The notes below the pieces were generated by a model. That model worked only from the letters and a program-made list of their open reading frames with translations, was not told the DNA's origin and did not search any database. A DNA stretch of 63,227 nt, filler included, from Salisapilia sapeloensis CBS 127946 (lineage: Eukaryota; Protista; Oomycota), in the NCBI GenBank assembly GCA_023334545.1. It is 9 parts of 9 records of this genome, joined end to end, with 100 filler letters (N's around TTAATTAATTAA, not from the genome) between each part and the next. Parts side by side here need not be neighbours in the genome. Positions count along the whole stretch, not along the records: positions 44,867 to 63,227 come from JAADVB010000321.1; 8 more parts are not named here. One strand, written 5' to 3'. Position numbers and translations under genes: made by a program. Position 1 is the stretch's first letter, and each line of letters starts with the position of its first letter. Positions 55,014 to 63,227 of this stretch are shown piece after piece.

Positions 55014-55969
55014 TTAGCCAATACGAGTCTTTGCAGACGATTCAAAGCGTAAGAATCGAAAGTATCCGTCTGAATCGACTGTCGGACGAACGTAGTGATA
55101 GCAAAGACTTGGTACATCCGTCGATGTCGCTTGTAGAATGAACTCGTCCGATGCTAGTGGAAGATGAGCGTTGCATAAGAACATGAAAAAAATGGAATTG
55201 TATACCGTCGGTTGAGTTGATATATAGAAGAGTACACCATCGTAGGAGAGGATCGGTATCTGCTACGAAGGATGCATGTGGATCGCAGCTAAGTACGATC
55301 GTAGCGAACGGTGAGGACGACTGCATAAACCCGAGGGCTTCGTACAAGTACGCAAGTGTCGGGTATACACTCGGTAGTGGTCTGCTAGCAGTTATTAGTA
55401 TATGTATTTATGTAGATTAAAAGAGGTACAGACGCTGGAGAAGGGAAGAAACGATCAAAGCTGTCGATGAGCAGCACGTTCACTTGTTTCTCCATCATTG
55501 AGAGAGACCATGTTAGTTCCTGTATTTCACTCGCTGAATGCAAGTACCTAGTCGCATATATTAGAAAGAGATAGATATGAGTAATGAAAGGCATGTACTT
55601 GATCTGAATACGCTGCCAAATGAGGTTATCGGCACCGACTTTGGCTGGTGCACCGCACTGATGACATGGCTCCAAGTGAGCGATTTCAGGTCCATCAGTA
55701 CCAGACGTTTGTGTCATGGCATTGCTATTTTCTTCTGTATTGCTATGTAGAATGAGAAGGACATTGCAGCCTTCACTGGCGAGAGAGAAGCCTCGCTGGA
55801 GTAAAAGAGAAGTGCTGCCACTGGCATCAGGGGCTAGTAGCAGCTCTACTGCTGGTATACGTGGTGTAGTGGTATTTGATGATGCAGGTGGAAGATCGAA
55901 GGCAGGTGATAGCTCACATGGAGTCTTTCCATGAGAGAAAAAGGCTTCCAGGTCGTGGGTACTGGTCAT
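55014..55969 (-). CDS. SWSAP1-like RecA/RAD51-fold protein, multi-exon (one internal splice junction unresolved)
   Basis: LLLAPDASGSTSLL (degenerate Walker A), RIQIK|YLHS..E and VLLIDSFDRFF (Walker B) parallel the recalled SWSAP1 layout. A 51-nt intron lies at 55548-55598 and the likely stop is 55014-55016. Confidence 0.6.
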
Positions 55970-58900
55970 GATTCGCGTTTGATGCTTTCTTGTCAAGTTA
56001 AGTGTCCTGTTCACAATATTATATATCTTTCATGTTTGATTTATAATATGTAATAGTGTAACTTTTATGGGACACGCGTGCTGTTAAAGGTCGTACAAGG
56101 CCTTGCGTCAGCATCCGGTTGGCATTGTGCTACGTCGTCGATTGCGGATGAGTTGTTGGATCGATTGCATAGTAGGTCCGTGGTAACATGGGACACTTGC
56201 TTATTGATGTGTGCAAATCGCCAGGAGCAATCAATGCCTACCTCCATCGGTATCTTCTCGAGTGTAGAGGCGATTACCATACGCTTGACACAGAAGAGGA
56301 TCAGGTGGGCATGTCACTGCTACTAGAGACAGGCAATGCACCGAGGAGAATATTCGGAGCGACCATGAACAGACAGGACCATTCTTGGTCTTATTCCTGT
56401 GACAAAGAGGCTCTGCGATAAACAAGAGTCAGAGAGCCTGAGCCTGGGTCTTTTGCACTCGAGTAGAGGACGAGGCACATACGAAACATGACACTTCTGT
56501 CGAGTACGGAGCGGCAGTCCGGGTCTTCCAAGCCCGCTAGAAATTAGGTCCTTGTACATTTGAAATATTTTAAGCGATCGGGAGTGAGTTAAAGGCTTTC
56601 TTCGTTGCATCGTTAAACGAATGACCGGTAAGCTCTTAGCGTGAAGACAAGGAAAAAGTAGCACGCCGAGGATGTAGAATCGTTTGTAGTGGAGCACTTT
56701 CACTTGTAAGCATAATAATATTTGCCTCGGCGAACCAAGCATCAAAATAACAATTTACTCTAGTGGGTACTAACAAGTCGAAGTGGATTGGGTCGAGCGA
56801 CTGGTATATTAACTGCAAAGTCTTCATTACCAATAGATGGCTTTCATCTATTTAAATGATGCAATAGAAAGCCCATGCATCCACGAAATAGGCATTGGCT
56901 TAAGCTATAGGCATCGCTTCCCACTTGCATTTTAATAATAAATTCCTACTTTGCTGTATATTAAAATACAAGTTTTCTCATTGTATTTCAACCGTCTTCA
57001 TCAGCGCTTACAAGAAATATGCTTTTGACTTATCTTCATATTCTGAATTGGCTCTTTGGGTGCATCTATCTTTCGATAAAGCTTCATGCCATTCTTTGAC
57101 TATATCACAACTCAAGCATCGTTTATTTCCTTTTTATTGGTTCTGCAGTAGCCAAGTCATTCTGTCAGAGTCTCTTTTTAGCCATCTTTAGCCATGCTAG
57201 CTGCTGGCCACGCTCGTAGTCAATTAGATCAAACTCCAAAATGTTGCCTCTCCACGGCTTTTCAATCAGAAACTCAAATTCCTCCTCATCTTCTCCAGCT
57301 ACTCCATTCCCAGCACCTCCATCCGAAGGTCTTTTTGACTTCTTCAACTGCAGCGATGTGAGTAGATGGTGTCACCTGGTCAGAAGTATTCAGGGATTCC
57401 TCAGTCGAAGGAGTAGGTTAACCTGAATCGAGCTCAGAGTTCGTTAGCGCAGGTATTATTGCTTGTCAAAGAAGCTGATCTTTCCGTCAGCTGAGTAATC
57501 ATGAACGGCTCTAAGATGGTGGATCCATTTTCATCTCCTTCATACCTCCCAGGCAGAACCTTTTGTCGAGCAACGCCGTATGAATTGACTCAACTAAAAA
57601 TTTGGTCACCAGTGAGGCAGAGATAAGCCTTCTTTGTCATCAGCTTTAACTGAGGAACTACATCGAGTAGATCGATAAGAAAAACGTCTTTCCCACAGAC
57701 AAAATAATCACACAAGGTGCAGGGAAAATTTTTCCTCTGAAGGAGTCATGAAAACTTCTTTCGATTCGCACAATGTGCAGAAGACCAAATGTCTATAAGT
57801 GTACCAGCCAACGCAACCACAGCGATAGAGTCAAGAAAATTGTTTGCAAATAGTTTGTAATATGCTTTGCTAAACACTTCAACCGATGTAGTAGAAATGG
57901 GTTTAAATAGGACACAAGATAGTAAACAATTTCGTATGATGCCTCGTTTTTCAAGAGGTGGGGCAGATGGTAGATCGACTGAATGCCCAAGGTTATACCC
58001 GATGAACTTATCTTTGCGAACGTGCAGCACTCTAGTCCATCGAATGTATAAGCCATTTCGGTCTTTGACTACCCTTTAAAGTGCTGGGCTTGGACTAGCA
58101 GCAGGATAGTGGAGATTAAGGCAGCGATAAGAATACTCTAGACTCGGTTCCTCGATCTTCGAATGGATCTGAGCATTGGTCATCGGTTGTGAAACATAAT
58201 GCACACTTTGCAACAGTGTTGCTTCGTCGCTGTTTACAAAAGCGAATAAGAGGGCATCCATGTTATTCGCAATCGTCCCATTGCCCACAATCACACGGGG
58301 CATTTGCCATCCAGCGCTGTCAGTGTATGAATCGTTGACTCTACGCCGAGAAGGGTATCGCTCACGGTACATGGTCACAATGTTAGCTGTCTTAATCGGC
58401 TTTCAATGCTTGCTATCCAATGCGTCGTCATGGGCTTGAAGTCTGTGGTAGCTTGCCAATTTTAAAATAGAACGATGATGCAGTGCCAATCCTTTAGGTG
58501 GAAATGACACAGAGAGAATCAGTGCTCATATTCTTTATATGTAGCCTTCTGTCACGTCTTACTTGCCTCGTAGCGATATGGTTATGTACTTCAGATAGAA
58601 ACGAGAGTTGTTTACTTCAATACTAGGGAACTATGGCAATCCGATATGATTCTTATTTTGAACTGCTATGGTAAAACAAACCCAATTGATGCTTATAAAT
58701 GCAAAGGAATTGGAGTAAAAATTACTAGAGGCAATGTATATAAGCGATAAATAAACGAAATCATCCTATGCTGTTCACTTTATGTCCTCCAGTGCTTCTA
58801 TTACCAACGCCTTTGTATCTTCCGAGGGAATAAGATCAATCCCACTCTCGTCAAAATCTTGGTCATGTAGCTCGTAGTGTTATCAGACTGCTTGATGATT

Positions 58901-59529
58901 TTATTTGATGCAAACTATTTGCTTGATGATATGATTGTTCGTTAAACGCAGTCTCAACCATCGAGTCGATGCCTCCACATGACCGATGTTGGGTCCAAGT
59001 ACAAGTCGCTTCCATATTCTTACTTACCATTGCAAACATTTGCTTAGCTTTTATTCATTAATGCGAGGGCAATGCTCATAGATAAAAGAAAACGTGATGC
59101 TTTAATTGTGCACTAAACATTGATTATAAAATCTTACGCATATGGTATCGTCACAGGTATCTAATTTTGCTAGTGGGAAAAGAGATGTTTTACGTTTACG
59201 AGGGTAAACCAGGCATGAACGCAAGTTTATTACTCGCATTAATCTGGCAAATTTTCGATTTTTTATATATTTGTAGCACAGAGAGAGCTGAGATTTACCA
59301 TAGCGAAACGGAGGTGGTGACTGGGACGCAGCGGACGGTGTAGCAAGTTCGGAATAGGACGCGTCCATTTAATCTTCAGCTTTAACGATGTTCAAAAATA
59401 AAGTCTTCTTCCCACAAAGATATATCTATAAATACTCGTGAGGTAGTTGGTTTCGCTAATTGCATGTATCTGATATATTAAGAACCACATCACTTTCATT
59501 CGAAAGGTTGCGGCACATTGCTCGTAACG

Positions 59530-61467
59530 ATGAAAGTATCCGCCTCCACGTTAACCTCAGAAGCTCAGCAAAAACAGAGAGACGAAGCCTCAGCTGCTTC
59601 GTTCAAGACTGTACTGTTGAAAATCCTTCAACAAAAATTTATCTCTCTTTACGATGCGTACCTGAAAGTGCAGATTTACAATCGAGGTGCCTACTCCATT
59701 CAAAGTTTGTATGAGTTCGACCGATACTGCTCTAAGACTTCTTGTTGGCAAATACTATGGTATTGCGTGCTGGTGACCTTACCAGGGCTTATCATGGAAA
59801 TCGTTATTGAGCTCATCACTCTAAACTCACCACTTGACCATTGGAGCCATAACATAGTCTTTTGGGTCAGAAGTGGCTTATCAACAACAATTGTAACCTT
59901 TTCATTTGTCTACCAGGTTCTACCTTTTGTCCCGGATGTACAGATTCATGCAGGCAAAGTCACGCTCCTTGCAATTACTACTGGGGCGGGTGTGCTTGGT
60001 ACGAATTTGGTTTTAGCTGCATACTGGACCTTTCCTATTCCATTCACTGCAGTAGTCTCGTCCATACCTTTTGTCGCAGTACTCACACCGTTATTTTACC
60101 TCTTACTCAAGAAAGTCGGATATGATGGTAGTCCAGGTCAAATACGTGCGCTCAAATCCCAAGGCGTTGTATTATCGCTCCACATAGCCATGCTAATAGT
60201 CTACAACGGCTACAACGCTATCTTCCAACTGCTTCCTCACACAGAACAAGTCTTTTTCATCGGTGTGCTTCCGCTATTAAAATTTGGCCTGAAAAACCTT
60301 TATGCATGGGCTATGTCATCCGAGCTAGAGTCAATCCCGGAACTTACAACGTTTAGTGTCGAGGTACGTTCGTATATGTATATAGGATGGTAAATGCCGA
60401 TGTTTTATCTTCGAACGTGGATGCTTTAGGTTTTCCACGCACTCTTCGTCTCCATCTGCATGCAGACAGCCAAGTCGATGTGGGCGTCCGTCATATTCAT
60501 TGGCATCGATGCTATACAGGCTTTGTTGTCTGTGATAGAGATGGAAAGCGACAGCAAGACACTACTGCAAGAACTAGAACGATATAATAGGACAAGCACA
60601 TCGGAGCAAGATTTAATCGCGAGTGTTATGAAGTTATGCCTCGACTCTGGGATCCGACGACGAGTAGAGGCATTAGGCGCGCAACAGAGCTTTCGATTGG
60701 CACATTCTATGCTGAGCGTTGGGCCGCCAGAGGTCGATGTCAATGGTCTTGCAGGTAAAAAGTCTGGTGTTGATCGAAAGTCCAAGGCAAATACAATGAA
60801 AGAGCTTATAGCCAAATCGAAGAGGCTTGATGTAAAAGTACAGCAGTTAAGTACCAAGAGCAGTGTATCGGGATTTACCACCAAGATAATGCCGTTTACT
60901 CGAGCGGCACGGCAAAGCCTCGATCCTGAAGGGCGTTTCCAATTCAATTCAGGAAACGTCAAGCTCGTTTATGAGGCACTCAAGCTACTTTATCATGCTG
61001 AGTATTGCATGATGACCGAGCTAGTTGAAGTTTCCATCCCAGTGGTGTATGTCTTGCATACATCCGTGCTATTTCACCTGCCAAATAGATTGTACTATCC
61101 ACATACACGCAATATGACATTCGAGGAACTTCAACTAGGAGCTGCCAACATACTCTTGTATGCACTCATGGAAGCGATTACGCTACTAGCTTTCCACTTC
61201 ATTCTCGAAAGGCGCTTTCGATTCTCACCGATGAAATTACTTGGCTATGCCTTGAAAGCTCAATGGCGGCAGATTGCAGCGAGGAGTACCTTGACTATCT
61301 GGTTTGTCCTCGGGTTCACTTTGATGCACTACGGTAAACAATGCATTCTGTAATCTATGGTTGTCGGATAGCTTGGACTAACTTGGCTGATGCATCTAGG
61401 TGTTGATTTTACTTTTAAATTTGATTGGGCAGAGCAGCTAGACATTAAGCGTGAGGAAGGAATGTGA
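59530..61467 (+). CDS. Uncharacterised oomycete multi-pass membrane protein (family copy 2), 3 exons
   Basis: Exons 59530-60363, 60430-61333 and 61400-61467, with the same two intron positions as 34316..36158. Confidence 0.85.
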
Positions 61468-62064
61468 AGTGGTTCTGATCGTGGAAAGGTAGCTTTATCT
61501 ACTTGTTTCTGTTTGTATACCAAGATAAGGGGTAAAAGACAGACCATTCAAGCATGCATTAGTGCAGTATACAATTCTTGTTTCGATTTAATGCGAACTA
61601 AGAAGGTGGCGAGCAGATCCCGACGCCGTGTTACAGATCCAATGAGGATGCCATTCATTATCAATTGACATACGCTAGAAGTTTTTATAAGAAGCTAGCT
61701 CGATTATATGAACAGACTAATCGTAACAGGAGCAGGACAAGAGCTTTCGATGTTTTTGGTTTGGAATAAGCGATAAGTATGCGGCAAGTTGATGGAACAA
61801 AGTGTATCGTAGTGATCTAAATATATCTTTTTTCCTGTTTTTTGCGTTGATGGATGGGTGAACGATTGCTGGTAGACAGCCTACAGTCTCTTGATAGAGT
61901 GATGTGTAAGACTTAAGTGTCATACGCCTTCTCCATCAGCCAATTCATAATCTTTCACTTGAACGACTCGGCCACTACCGAGGAGCTCACTCTGCGATTT
62001 TCTCCTTCGCACCAAAGCACTCAACAACCAAAACACCAACAACACTTTCGACCTACTTGCAACG

Positions 62065-62670
62065 ATGAAGAGCTCCAGCTTGTTCCTCGCTACCGTTGCT
62101 ACCATGGTCTTGACGTCTCCACTTTCGTGTGCTCGCGCTGAAGAGGAAGAGAAGAAGGAAGAGTTGGCCGATGGTAAGAAGGAGGGATACCAGAAGGATG
62201 AGTATCATCCAAAGGAGTACGACTACGGCTACAAGGACTACAAGAAGGATGATTACTATCCCAAGAATTATGGCTACGGTTATGGCTATCAGGACTACAA
62301 GAAGAACGACTACTATCCTAAGGATTATGGCTATGGTTATGGTTACAAGGACTACAAGAAGGATGACTACTACCCGAAGGACTATGACTGTGGCTACCAG
62401 AGCTACAACAAGGATGGTTATTATCCCAAGAACTATGGCTATGACTACGGTTATGGCTACCAGAACTACAAGAAGGATGACTACTATCCCAAGAACTACG
62501 GCTATGGCTACAAGAAGTACGACTACTACCCGAACTACTACGATGGTGGCTACGGTAGTTATAGTAGCTACCCTGGCTACTACGATGATGACTGTAATGA
62601 CTATGGCAAGAAGTATGCCTACAAGGGCTACGGCTATGGCAAGAAGTACGACTATAACTGGTACTATTAG
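62065..62670 (+). CDS. Secreted tyrosine-rich repeat protein (oospore/cell-wall Str-like)
   Basis: A signal peptide ending CARA is followed by about seven YxxYKKDDYYPKxYGYG-type repeats; 57 of 201 residues are Tyr. Confidence 0.85.
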   Translation: MKSSSLFLATVATMVLTSPLSCARAEEEEKKEELADGKKEGYQKDEYHPKEYDYGYKDYKKDDYYPKNYGYGYGYQDYKKNDYYPKDYGYGYGYKDYKKDDYYPKDYDCGYQSYNKDGYYPKNYGYDYGYGYQNYKKDDYYPKNYGYGYKKYDYYPNYYDGGYGSYSSYPGYYDDDCNDYGKKYAYKGYGYGKKYDYNWYY

Positions 62671-62801
62671 AGCTGTGCATCCCAAGTAGCATCCGCAAGT
62701 TAAATGTATCAAAAGGAGCAAGTAATAGTCGCAGTAATAGCAAATGCATTTCATTGAAAAGCTTCTTCGCCTTATAACTTACTCAGTAGTCCTCCATTTC
62801 G

Positions 62802-63227
62802 CTATGGATAGTCCGAATAATCAAATTGGAATGTCAGATCCATACCTACATGAATGTACAAGTTACACTTGGCAAACCTTATTATAACGAATAGACATAC
62901 CGAAGTGTGGGTATGGAAACTGTGTCACGAATACAAGGATCAAGACTGATCTTGCAACAACGACATGCCCTTGTGCTTCAAAGGTAAAGCCAAGCAGCTT
63001 CAACGGACTAAAGCCAAACTTCCACTGGATATAAGAGACGAATGCTATGAACGAAAGAAGCTCCAGACCACCGTACAGAGCGATACTGTAGATAGAACTG
63101 TACAGCGTCTCTTCGGTTAAATGTCGAAAGTTGGCATGGTACTTGACGTTCGGCAAGTGAAACAGGGCCAGCATGTAAATGATATAAATGAAAGGCACCA
63201 CAAACTCTACATACTCTAGCGACGCCA
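62802..63227 (-). CDS. Uncharacterised oomycete multi-pass membrane protein (family copy 3), 3' part
   Basis: Exons 63227-62901 and 62845-62802. Motifs EYVEFVVP, FHLPNVKYH, FSPLKLLGF and HFG|MDLTFQF, with the same last intron position as the other two copies. Confidence 0.8.

Noticed and set aside
56000-58400. Fragmented coding-like ORFs (e.g. EDEEEFEFLIEKPWRGNILEFDL; PSLEYSYRCL)
   Set aside because: Multiple stops and frame changes with no identifiable family. Possibly a decayed gene, but no call is supportable.
62053-62754. Highly hydrophobic 233-aa antisense ORF and the Thr/Arg-rich alternative frame
   Set aside because: By-products of the TAC/AAG/GAC-rich repeat. Only the 62065 frame has a signal peptide and coherent composition.

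Overview
Eukaryotic, oomycete-like DNA (Pythium-like by gene content; GT-AG introns mostly 50-75 nt). It is not one locus. Nine unrelated contigs are joined by eight artificial 100-bp spacers (44 N + TTAATTAATTAA + 44 N), so adjacency across spacers is meaningless. Many real genes are spliced and only partly visible in the ORF track, so exon chains were rebuilt by hand. Recognisable genes: GH38 alpha-mannosidase (3' end), an Arf-like GTPase (3' end), a trithorax/MLL-like PHD-bromodomain protein, an RGS+kinase GRK-like protein, an EF-hand protein, a SPCA/PMR1 P-type ATPase, a GAF-domain fRMsr, TOM40, two TauE/SafE paralogs around an LRR gene, a class C GPCR 7TM fragment, a START-like/FYVE-like protein, MTRFR/C12orf65, a SWSAP1-like protein and a Tyr-rich secreted repeat protein. 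The window also holds several oomycete-type uncharacterised membrane families, a decayed Gypsy chromovirus and a long-TIR non-autonomous element in two copies. The strongest hidden signals are: (1) a six-exon Whirly-family ssDNA-binding gene with a mitochondrial-type presequence; (2) an eight-exon compact eIF4G-like protein combining PAM2, a YxxxxL-phi motif and MIF4G; (3) a ~510-codon antisense ORF overlapping the chromodomain end of the Gypsy pol; (4) two diverged TauE paralogs whose 5' parts are identical inverted repeats. No tRNA, rRNA or CRISPR was supportable. All family calls are from motif recognition by eye; no searches were run.
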